NCBI GenBank assembly: GCA_004764695.1
Contig: SMSO01000031.1
Location: forward strand, 1,836,436 to 1,900,435
Length of the DNA stretch: 64,000 bases
Origin: Schizochytrium sp. TIO01
Lineage: Eukaryota; Protista; Bigyra: Labyrinthulomycetes
Direction: 5' to 3'
The first letter of the stretch is position 1. Every line of letters starts with the position of its first letter. Below, in pieces: positions 12,455 through 21,961 of the stretch. Both the position numbers and the translations under genes were made by a program. Below the pieces are notes generated by a model. The model was not told the DNA's origin. It was given only the letters and a program-made list of their open reading frames with translations, and did no database searches.

Positions 12455-13103
12455 TTGTTTTAAGTTTGGTCTCGATTTCGTCCTCAACTATAATTTTCTA
12501 TACAAATTCAACTCAAATTCGCCCAAAATCGTGAAAACGATGATCAATGCCCAAATCGAGGATATCATGAAATATACTATAATTCACTTACAAACCATTA
12601 TACTCCACTATACACTCCAATACTTCACTTTCGGGAGCACATTTTAAACTATTATGCATTGTACGCAATAGGCGAAGAGGATTCTCTACTTGTGGCAGTG
12701 AATTCTCCACTATAAACAAGATGATATAACAAGGATATATAACTTTGTTGTACAGTAAGTTGGAGCCATAAGTCACTTGTGGTGTCAGGGATTTACTCAC
12801 TTCTGTTCATAGGTTCCAAAGTACATGACGCAAATGATGAAGTTTTGACTCGTCGCACTGTCCTTCGATCCCTTCGATCCCTGTGGATGCTTGAATAAAG
12901 AAAGCGCCTAGGAACGCTCACGTTCTTTCAATTCGCTAAGTTATATATTCGGTGTATTATTTCTGGGCTCTTTGTTGACTTCCTAAATCGGAGTTAATCG
13001 TCTCCGTTCTATGTTTGTCTTTTATATGCGATTTAATTAATGCCTATTTCTGTTTCGAGTCGTTGTCGGCGCAAAGCCCGAACCTGCGGAGCAAGTAGTG
13101 ACC

Positions 13104-14274
13104 ATGAGCACCGATCGCATCCGCCTCTTGGGCGACAAAGGTAGGTAGTGACGACAGGCCTTGCAGCGGTGCCAACGTACCTGGTGCAGTGGCTGGATGG
13201 GGGATCCAAACTAGTTGTTGAAGACGGAGCTGCGTGTCTTCAAAGACCGTGAAACTGCGCCCGTGAGGCGATACCATCTGCGGTGGCTATGATAAGGGAA
13301 GAGGATGAAGGCATGAAGACTGACAGTTTTGTGCGAATTTGCTGGTCGAAATAATGCTTCGTGGGGGTTACTTTGATCTGATACCTAATGGGACGGATCA
13401 AATTTTAACGTGGACATTGATATTAATCACAATGCCACAACGATGATTATTTGAACTTTTTTCTGAATGGATTTCATGGATTTTGGGGACTGACCTCTTG
13501 GTTATCATTTGGAATGGAATCATCGATGTGCTTTCTATATTATGTGCATGTTGTGGTCTAATTGCTCATAATGGACGACAACTGGTCCACCTTCGCTGAT
13601 GCGGCGCACTATGTGACCTGCCTGTGTCATAAATTTTATGCATAGCCCTGCGAGAGATCTCTGTTAAAATCTCAAGCCCGACCTCTCCATCTGCACGCAA
13701 ACTTGCGGGTAGGCTTCGCAGCGTCTTGCATGAATGCCCTGGTTTTGGCCTTTCAGCACCTCAGATTGGCGTCAACGAGCGGATGTTTGTCATGGGAACG
13801 CCTAGAATGCCTGCCGGAAAGGAGCTTCCTTACTTGGGGAAGCAACGTCTCAAGATTGGTGGTAACTGGGGCATCCACCTCATGCCAGTAATCAACCCAG
13901 TAGTCCTCGAAACTTCTCTCGAGCTAGAGGCCTCTTATGAAAGTTGCTTGAGTTTACCAGGTGTTGCTGCGCTCGTACCCCGACACATCTGGATTGAGGT
14001 AGAGTTTAAGGATCTAGAGGGACAAAGCTACAAGCGCAGGCTGAGAAACCACCCAGCTCGCGTTTTTCAACACGAATTTGACCATCTTGAGGGTATTATG
14101 TTTACTGATCGAATTTTGGACACTACTGATATTGTAGCTGAAACTTATTTTGACGGTTTTCATGAAAATGGCGTTCCACTCTCTGAGATTGACGATCCGC
14201 GTGGTGCCCGAAACAACTCCCAGGAGTACCAGGAATACGAATTCGACCCCGACCTCATGCGAGAGTATGTCTAA
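13104..14274 (+). CDS. PDF: Peptide deformylase, 2 exons: join(13104..13140,13646..14274)
   Basis: Motifs GFGLSAPQIG, ESCLS and QHEFDH. Exon 1 MSTDRIRLLGDK ends at donor G|GTAGGT; acceptor CATAG|CC restores frame to give LLGDKALREIS, matching the GDPVLR-type N-terminal motif. Confidence 0.9.
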
Positions 14275-15533
14275 ATGCTTTCTCCTTGTCTTATTCCTCG
14301 TCGGAAAATTATTTGCCAGAGCCTTACCGTCTACTTACATAAAGCAGAGAGAAAGTACTGCACATAGGTCAGTGAAAGAGAAGGGGGTTCGCGAATAGTG
14401 CAGAGCTCTCACTTGATCTTTAAATAGTGTGGTCCTCTAGACAAAAGTCAAGCGCAGCAACGCAATTCTTCGTTGTGGTATTGAAGTTGCGTTGAACCCA
14501 ACGTTGAAGTTTAGTCTCTATTCTTATTTCTTGTAATCCATGGTCATATTTGGAACTTTATTTGCAACTCCAGTATGTTTTATTATTCATTTCTACCCAG
14601 AATCCAAAGTAAACAGGCGCCAAGTTTTACAGTCTACAAGATCTACAAATTTTTCTTATTTTAGCCAATATCGAGTTTTAAAATTGAATTGCGAGTATAA
14701 AAATTCGCAGTTTAATGACGAACCTGCTGCTTTGTCTATGATGTTGAAGTTGTTTTCTTCTAAATATACTTCTCTTTAGGTTGGAGGTAGTAGCTGATAT
14801 TGTCAGCTTTAACCTAGTCCAAATCGTTTCAAGCGTTACGCACCTCAGTATTTTGTTGCAGGGAATCTTAAGAATGGGAGGAAATCCGGCAAAATACCCA
14901 TTTGTAAGTACGCTTAGGTCACAAACGTCAACAATTTTTCTATCCAGAGAACTAACTATCTTTGGCCTGCCTCAAAGGTACTACTTCTAATCGAGTATCA
15001 TATATACAATAATTTATTTTTTTAAATCTCCAAAGCCCTGATTTAATTTGTTTTCTTCATACAGTTCTCCTTTTCATCGTCTTCTTTATCTCCCTCCTCT
15101 TCTTCAACTTCTGCTGAAAGATGAATCTGGTCAGCTAGAGGTTGACTATGAAAATGAAGGCAAGATGCTAGATAAAGGCTCTAAGGGGACTTTAGAAGGC
15201 ATGATAATTTGTGGATTATGAGTTAGAGATCTGCTGTCCATGCAATAAGGTTCCACGGTAGGCTGCATTATGTTGTAATTTGGAGACTAAGGTATATTTG
15301 AACTGCGTAAGACACAATTGACGGGGTTAACTTGTCTCTTTAACCATTAATTCGGGTCCCACCATTGGTTCTAGGAAAAGTGCATGCGCACTTTCGGCTC
15401 TTGACGTCTAAACCAGGCGGGTCTGACTGTCTAGTTCTATTCTATTGTAAGCATCTCTTCATGGTTCTTACAAGTTCATCAAAGTTAAGGTCAAGGTCCT
15501 CATCCGAGTCAACATACGAGGGAACTTGAGAAA

Positions 15534-16030
15534 AAGGATTATGAACTTGAGGACCAGGATTATGAACTTGAGGTCCAGGATTAAGAAATGAAGGGCCGGG
15601 ATTAAGAACTTGAGCAAAAGGATTATGAACTTGAGGACCAGGATTATGGAGGGCTGGGATTAAGAAGATGATAAAAAGGATTCTGAACTTGAGGACCAGG
15701 ATTCTGAACTTGAGGGACAGGATTAAGAACTTGAGGTCTAGGATTACGAACTTGAGGACCACCATGAGGAAGAACTTGAGGACCAGGATTAAGAACTTGA
15801 GGACCACCATGAGGAAGAACTTGAGGACCAGGATTAAGAACTTGAGGACCACCATGAGGAAGAACTTGAGGGCCAGGATTAAGAACGTGAGGGCCAGGAT
15901 TAAGGTCTTGAGGTCCAGGATTACGAACTTGAGGACCACCATGAGGAAGAACGTGAGGGCCAGGATTAAGAACTTGAGGTCCAGGATTACGAACTTGAGG
16001 ACCACCATGAGGAAGAACTTGAGGACCATC
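15534..16030. repeat. Coding minisatellite of mixed 21-nt (NPGPQVL) and 24-nt (PHGGPQVL) units
   Basis: Recurrent GAACTTGAGGACCAGGATT and GAACTTGAGGACCACCATGAGGAA units. Confidence 0.95.
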
Positions 16031-18850
16031 ATGATGAGAAATTAGAGGAGCACCATGAAGAGGAGGACGATGAAAACTAAAATCAGATTTAACAGTACCA
16101 GATGTAAAATGATGAGAATGAACATGGCGAGAATGAGGATGAAGAAGATGAGAAATACGTGGTTCATCTATATATACATCTTCATCTATATATACATCTT
16201 CATCTTCATCCCAGATAACTCGTTCATTCTCTTCATCTTCATCTTCATCTTCATCTTCATCTTCATCTTCATCTTCATCTTCATCTTCATCTTCATCTTC
16301 ATCTGCATTTGCATCTGAGCTGATCGAACGTTGCTGACTTGGCGAAAGACTGTCCAGTACCCTAACATTGATTTCCTTTACAAGCTGAATAAGCTTTTTG
16401 TCCCTACGAAGCGCTTCGGTAGCTCGCAAGAAACAAGCAGCGTCCTTTTTACGTATAGCCTTACGAAGAATATGTTTGTTATTGCATCGGAAGTCATAGT
16501 CAAAGTATACCATTTCAGCATCATTCCCCAGGCTCAAAATTTTCTTGAGAGAGGCTAATTGCCGTGGAGCAATCTCCCACGGCAGATTCCCTTCGATTAG
16601 CGTCTCATAAAGCTTAGTAGTGGGTCCACCGTGCTCCAATTCACGAGCGATATGAAAATCTACAGAGAGAAGTTCTTCTCCGTTGTTTTCAAGAGTTGAA
16701 AGAGAATCCAACGCTTCCAGAGCGCTGTAGATTGCCTTGATAGAGTCGAGGAGCCGCGAGCGTCGTGTGCAGTCTTCACTGCCCTCTTCTAAAAACGCCT
16801 TTAGTTCTTCTCGCGAGAGTCTACGCATCGTCTGGGAAAGGTCGTCAAAGAGCATGCCATTTCCGATTGTTTGGTAGAGAATCTCAGATAGAACAATGAG
16901 TTTGAGTTTCGACCAGAGCATCTCAGTGTCGATTTTGTTAGACTCTCCTTCTAGAGCTCCTTGAAGTTTGTATTTCATGGACTGAAGCGAAGTCTCCAGA
17001 ATAGTGTCTTCGAGGGTTTCGTATTTGCTATCTAACTCTTCACCGACTAGAGTCATCAGATGTGGAAAGCGACTGAGACGAAGCGGGAGTTCCGAGAAGA
17101 AAAGTTCGTCTAGTAATACATCCCGAACTATCTCCCAGATACTAGATGTAATACTGCGAAGGGTTTCAGATTTAAGATTTTCAAAAAAAAATCGGGACAG
17201 CTGCAACCTTTTGAGAAAAGGTGCTTTATTAGGTAGAGACTGAAGACTTGCAGGTTTATGAATATCGTCTAGTATTCCGAGCCAGTACGAAACTGAATTT
17301 TGCATAATATCCTCGAACCTCACTTGCAAACCCTTGACAATAGCATCTCCTGTGAGGCTTGACGGATCGCTTCCAAGTTCCCATACCTCGCTGAACAAGC
17401 CCTGAAGCTCATTTTTGCAGCGCTTCATCTCAGAACTCAACCATTTCTCTCGCATGTACTCTCTGAGCATATCGTCAAGGGAATGCAAAACTCCAGTGAT
17501 TCCATGACGCGTCGCATCAAAAGTGACGCCGTGTTTTGTTAGAGCTACCCTAAGTTCATCTCTTTCATGCTGAAAAGAGCTTCGTAGGCTTTCGACAGAG
17601 TCAGCTTCCAAGTCGCGATTGACGACTGGTACGACTGAGTGAATTAAAGCATCCTCAGGGACACGAATTGGATCTCGTTCTAGTCTAAGGCGTAGATCAC
17701 GGTCACCATGGTCGTCTACTTTGGTCAAAACAAGAATTGCTGGCTTCTTGGCTTCTTCGAGTATTTCCCAAATTGCATTGCTTCTTAAACTCTCACATCG
17801 AGCAGACACAACTGCCACGACTAAAACATGCGTTCTTTTAAGCACTCTGCGAGTAAGCGCCTCAGTTTGCTCACGGACAGATTTTGGGGCTGCAACGATT
17901 CCAGGTAGATCTACAAGATCAATTGTTGGGACATTTGGTGCGCGAATTTCAACCTGAATCTCATGTTCTGTGGCCACAGAGTAAGCACTGTCGAGCCCAT
18001 CATGTTCGGCTGCAATGAACTCCTGAATGAGGGTCGCCACTGTTGAAGAGAAGGGTTCATCGGTCTGATCACCTGTCGTACAGACTTGAGGAGGTAGTTC
18101 TCGAAGAGTTTCGCCTGACACAGTGTCCTTAAGGCGAATACAGACTAGGTTCTGGTGCCGATGGCACCGTAGCATGAGACGGATAGGCATACGAGTACAA
18201 AAGATGGAATTCCGAGGGAAAATATCGCGCATGGCAATACGCTCCAGCGTGGATGATTTGCCTTGGCTTTCTGTTCCACAGACAACAATCTCTGGGATGT
18301 CAAGCTCAAACTTGCCTCGAACTTTTAATGCGGCCATAATCAACCGTCCATAGGCAGCATCGGCATTACATAGTATTTCAGATATACCGCCATGTTGAGT
18401 TGTCTCAGTATGAAGAAAATCTTGAGGCCCAGTATTTGAGCTTAAGACAGAAGCACTGTCCCAGCTCTGTCTAAATGTCATTGCACTGTGATACACAGAA
18501 GCACTGTCCCAGCTCTGTATAGATGGCATTGCACTTTGATACACAGAAACACTATCCCAGCTCTGTATAGATGTCATTGCACTTTGATACCCTTGGCGAC
18601 GCGGCTCGGTTCGAATCGTCTCAAAAGCTTCTGTAAGACGACATAAATCGTAACTACCCTCTCTGCCTTCCCGAATCTTCTCCTTAGCCCGAGAATATGC
18701 TGCTTCAACTTTGGCATCCGTAGCAGAATTTCTTTCTATGCCGAGGATTTCGAATGCGTCAAGCCCAACAGGAACCCAGCCACTTGAGTCACTATCATCA
18801 TCACTCATTGTTACAGCCTTTCGCGTGCTATAGTAATTACGGCGCAACAT
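15644..18850 (-). CDS. Dynamin-superfamily GTPase with N-terminal J-like domain, DUF4116-like repeat, acidic tract and Pro/Gly/Gln repeat tail
   Basis: G1 VVCGTESQGKSS, G2 TRMP, G3 DLPG, G4 TKVD; GED-like end RRSRLLDSIKAIYSALEAL; DAFEILGI..AAY..EAFETI resembles J-domain helices. Confidence 0.88.
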   Translation of the reverse strand: MLRRNYYSTRKAVTMSDDDSDSSGWVPVGLDAFEILGIERNSATDAKVEAAYSRAKEKIREGREGSYDLCRLTEAFETIRTEPRRQGYQSAMTSIQSWDSVSVYQSAMPSIQSWDSASVYHSAMTFRQSWDSASVLSSNTGPQDFLHTETTQHGGISEILCNADAAYGRLIMAALKVRGKFELDIPEIVVCGTESQGKSSTLERIAMRDIFPRNSIFCTRMPIRLMLRCHRHQNLVCIRLKDTVSGETLRELPPQVCTTGDQTDEPFSSTVATLIQEFIAAEHDGLDSAYSVATEHEIQVEIRAPNVPTIDLVDLPGIVAAPKSVREQTEALTRRVLKRTHVLVVAVVSARCESLRSNAIWEILEEAKKPAILVLTKVDDHGDRDLRLRLERDPIRVPEDALIHSVVPVVNRDLEADSVESLRSSFQHERDELRVALTKHGVTFDATRHGITGVLHSLDDMLREYMREKWLSSEMKRCKNELQGLFSEVWELGSDPSSLTGDAIVKGLQVRFEDIMQNSVSYWLGILDDIHKPASLQSLPNKAPFLKRLQLSRFFFENLKSETLRSITSSIWEIVRDVLLDELFFSELPLRLSRFPHLMTLVGEELDSKYETLEDTILETSLQSMKYKLQGALEGESNKIDTEMLWSKLKLIVLSEILYQTIGNGMLFDDLSQTMRRLSREELKAFLEEGSEDCTRRSRLLDSIKAIYSALEALDSLSTLENNGEELLSVDFHIARELEHGGPTTKLYETLIEGNLPWEIAPRQLASLKKILSLGNDAEMVYFDYDFRCNNKHILRKAIRKKDAACFLRATEALRRDKKLIQLVKEINVRVLDSLSPSQQRSISSDANADEDEDEDEDEDEDEDEDEDEDEDEENERVIWDEDEDVYIDEDVYIDEPRISHLLHPHSRHVHSHHFTSGTVKSDFSFHRPPLHGAPLISHHDGPQVLPHGGPQVRNPGPQVLNPGPHVLPHGGPQVRNPGPQDLNPGPHVLNPGPQVLPHGGPQVLNPGPQVLPHGGPQVLNPGPQVLPHGGPQVRNPRPQVLNPVPQVQNPGPQVQNPFYHLLNPSPP
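16231..16303. repeat. (CTTCAT)12 microsatellite encoding a (DE)n tract
   Basis: Read directly; encodes DEDEDE on the minus strand. Confidence 0.95.
18447..18590. repeat. 48-nt coding tandem repeat x3 (YQSAMxSIQSWDSxSV)
   Basis: Three near-identical units between the J-like and GTPase domains. Confidence 0.92.
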
Positions 18851-19068
18851 AATTCAGGTTTGCTTACAATATTTCACGGTTGAACTTTTCTAATCTGAAG
18901 TCTTATACAGCAGCAAAGAAGTCCTGTGATTAGAGTTTATGAATAAAATGGATTCTCGAATTTCGCAACCATGATAAGCTTACTATTTGAACAATCCTAC
19001 TTTAAGTTTTAATATCCCATGATGCACTCACTAACTCACTCACTTCATCCATATTTCGACTCGAATCG

Positions 19069-19447
19069 GTTCTTCAGTTTATCAAAAAACAATGCGCAAC
19101 TATTCCGCTAGGGAATAAATCAATGCGTCTTCCAGTTCCAGGTCCACTTAAGAATACTGTTAGGTTAATCGTAGGGCTCTTAGGCGTGGGCGCTCTCAAG
19201 CACTAATCCAATTGATCCACCGAATTTAATTCATTACAATGGTAACTAAGAACCTGTTCTTCAGTTTATCATACAAAATGCACAACTATTCCGCTAGAGA
19301 ATAAATCAAGTTTTGCTTGCGTCTTCTAGTTCCAGGTCCACTTAATAATGTTGCTAGGTTAATTGTAGCGCTGTCAGGCATGGGCGCTCTTACATACTAA
19401 TCCAATCGATCTACCGAATCTAATTCAATACTTGGACAATGGTAACT
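19069..19447. repeat. ~185-bp diverged tandem duplication in the intergenic region upstream of the dynamin-like gene
   Basis: GTTCTTCAGTTTATCA..CAACTATTCCGCTAG..AGTTCCAGGTCCACTTAA..TGGGCGCTCT..ACAATGGTAACT occurs at ~19069-19247 and ~19256-19447. Confidence 0.9.
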
Positions 19448-19856
19448 TTAATCTGAGGTCTGATCCAAGTCAGGAATGCGTGTTTTGGTGATTATGGATG
19501 GCGACAATGTCAATTTCAACCTAATTGGTCCCCACAAGCTGGTATAATCCTCTTATTCGCATGTGAGCTGCGCTTTATTGTCAGATCTCCTCTTATCTCT
19601 GATGTTGTGAAAACGGCTAAAATGTATGTGGATCTTAATTTTCCTATGCAACTACTACCTCTTTCTGTTTCTCTTTTTTTTTTCTTCTTTCTTTTTTTCC
19701 ATGAAAAAGATCATGCTAATCAAAATGAAGCCAATCGCATGAACTTGAGCGCACATTCTCGTGGATGTTACGACTAGGCTATTTCTGCAAGAAACACTTA
19801 CTGGATCTGTCCGTACTTTCATCGAACACGAATACACATCAAGCCTGTTCGTGTAT

Positions 19857-21566
19857 ATGGATCAGAGATGGAGCATCGCAGCTGCAACTGGGTGTGGCCA
19901 CGATTCACGAGTTGTGGCTGGACCAGCAGCTCGAGATCTTGTCCTTGACGTTGCGAAGAGGCTCTTTGCAATCTCACAAACTTCTCGCGGACCGTTGGGA
20001 AAAGGTGTCTGGGTAGGAAACTCATCGAATGGTGTGAGGAGCAATTGCTCCTCCACGATTTTTGAGAAATGCACAGCTCTGCGAGAAGATCAAGGTGAAA
20101 GGAACGACCCTGTTTTAAGGGTAGCGCTGCAACTGCTCGCAGCTCAGGAGCGTTTCCATGGAGATGCTGGACTCTTAGCAGCGCAAATCGCTGGCTGCAT
20201 TATTATTGATGCGCACGAGAGAGACCTCTCACCTCAAGCTCTTCGAGTGGGACTCGAGTGGGCGCTTACACAATGTGCAGGCTTTCTTGAGCGCTGTCGA
20301 GGCAATTCTCCTCTGAGGAAAGATATACCTCTGAGTGACCGTGATTCTTTACTTTCACTGATTCAGTCCTCTTTGACGACCAAGCACGTAAGCATTGCAT
20401 GGAACCCATGTACGTCTGAATCAGAGCATATTGCGAAAGTTTTGCTAAAGGGTTTCCTAGCTTCCCTTAATGTAGATCGGCAAGGACAACTCACGTCCGG
20501 ACTCAAACTTGTGATGAGTCAGGGTTGCCCAATATTATCTTCGGAAGCTCTGCCAGGTCAGATCCTTCTGGATATTCCTTTGCCTCCTACAACATGGAAC
20601 CTCCTACAACAAAGCCAAGAAGGAGGAGGTGGAGATGTCATTCTCTTTAACACCTCTCTGATGTTAAACGGAGATGTAGAAGAAGTGGGGTTTTCCGTGG
20701 AAACTGAAGCTATTGAGAGCTCTGCATGGACGATTCGCGATGCGGAAGTCGATTTTTTGACCAAGCTTGCAGACCGTTTGTCCCATATTCCAAAAGCAAA
20801 GGTTCGCTACATCATCTCCCAAAAACTTATTCATCCTTGGCTTCGGATGCATTTACTAGATAAAGGAATTGCTGCAATTGAACGTATCTCAGCAGTTCAT
20901 CTTGCAGCCGTGCAGGAGCTCACCGGAGCCCATATCTTCGCATCCGCTATGTCTATTGTAAAAACCAAAAATACTATAGACCCAGGTCTTCTTGGCACAC
21001 TCTCGCGAGCTGAAGCATGGAGATCCGGGACTGGTAAACGCCTCTTGAGACTTTATGGCAATCCTCAAAAAGGAAAGAAAATTTCCACAGCTCTTCTATG
21101 TGCCCCTGACGAGCCCGCTGTAGATGAACTCCGCCATGTAGCAAATCGTTCAATCGTCATGCTGAAAGCATTTTTAAGGAAGCCCTTTCTGCTGGCCGGG
21201 GCTGGAGCCACCGAGTTTGCTCTTGCAGCTGACTTGAGACAGAGTTGCACACATACAGCGCCAAGTCGGGCCCACAAGATCGGAGCAGAGATCTTCGCAA
21301 GAGCTCTTGAATCCTCGGTTCAGGCCCTTCAGCCGATGCCTGTTTCGACCGGAGCTATTACAGGACTAGACGTTCTCGAAAACCTATCTTTACATCCTTT
21401 TTCTGGTTGGAACCCCAAAGAGGAAAAATCGATTGACCCTTGGTCTTGCGGAATTGTCGATTCAGGACCTGCCAAAATTTGCGCATTCCAACTTGCTGTA
21501 CAAACAGCAACTGTACTCTTTGGCTTGGGGTCCATAGTTCATGAGCAACTGCCCGAAGAAGTGTAA
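19857..21566 (+). CDS. MKKS: McKusick-Kaufman/BBS6 chaperonin-like protein
   Basis: TSRGPLGK, ERFHGDAGLLAA, SQKLIHPWL..GIAAIERI..LTGA and LAGAGATE match the divergent group II chaperonin MKKS pattern. First ATG is at 19857. Confidence 0.82.
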   Translation: MDQRWSIAAATGCGHDSRVVAGPAARDLVLDVAKRLFAISQTSRGPLGKGVWVGNSSNGVRSNCSSTIFEKCTALREDQGERNDPVLRVALQLLAAQERFHGDAGLLAAQIAGCIIIDAHERDLSPQALRVGLEWALTQCAGFLERCRGNSPLRKDIPLSDRDSLLSLIQSSLTTKHVSIAWNPCTSESEHIAKVLLKGFLASLNVDRQGQLTSGLKLVMSQGCPILSSEALPGQILLDIPLPPTTWNLLQQSQEGGGGDVILFNTSLMLNGDVEEVGFSVETEAIESSAWTIRDAEVDFLTKLADRLSHIPKAKVRYIISQKLIHPWLRMHLLDKGIAAIERISAVHLAAVQELTGAHIFASAMSIVKTKNTIDPGLLGTLSRAEAWRSGTGKRLLRLYGNPQKGKKISTALLCAPDEPAVDELRHVANRSIVMLKAFLRKPFLLAGAGATEFALAADLRQSCTHTAPSRAHKIGAEIFARALESSVQALQPMPVSTGAITGLDVLENLSLHPFSGWNPKEEKSIDPWSCGIVDSGPAKICAFQLAVQTATVLFGLGSIVHEQLPEEV

Positions 21567-21961
21567 CACATCGCCTTGCTAGAACTAAATCTCGGACTTT
21601 GATCATGCTCCTTTCTATGAACATGTCTTGAGTAACATATCGAAGTTCTCAAATACAAGCAATTAGTGTTGTTATCAAAGACTTACTCACACCTATTTGT
21701 ATCATTAAAGAATGAATGTTGATTATAAGTTTCAGACAGAATGAATACTTTGCTTACCATTTCGAAAAGTATTCTGTGAAAGAATACTTTATGATGATCT
21801 TTACTATAAAGACAGGGGTGTTCATCCATTTGTGTTATTTGTGTACCACGGTTGGCATGCCAATAGGCAATCCTGAAGATACAATGAGCAACGTTCTCAT
21901 TTTCCCAACTAGCAACGTATAGACTGATGTAAGACCAAACATCATCTTTTGAACAAACAAG

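Noticed and set aside
15534-16030. CRISPR-like appearance of the short repeat array
   Set aside because: Units are contiguous with no unique spacers, lengths are multiples of 3, they encode a peptide repeat, and the context is eukaryotic with no cas genes.
15668-16368. ORFs in other frames over the repeats (125, 87 and 60 aa; also the first part of the 196-aa ORF)
   Set aside because: Stop-free by-products of the minisatellite and the (CTTCAT)n tract.
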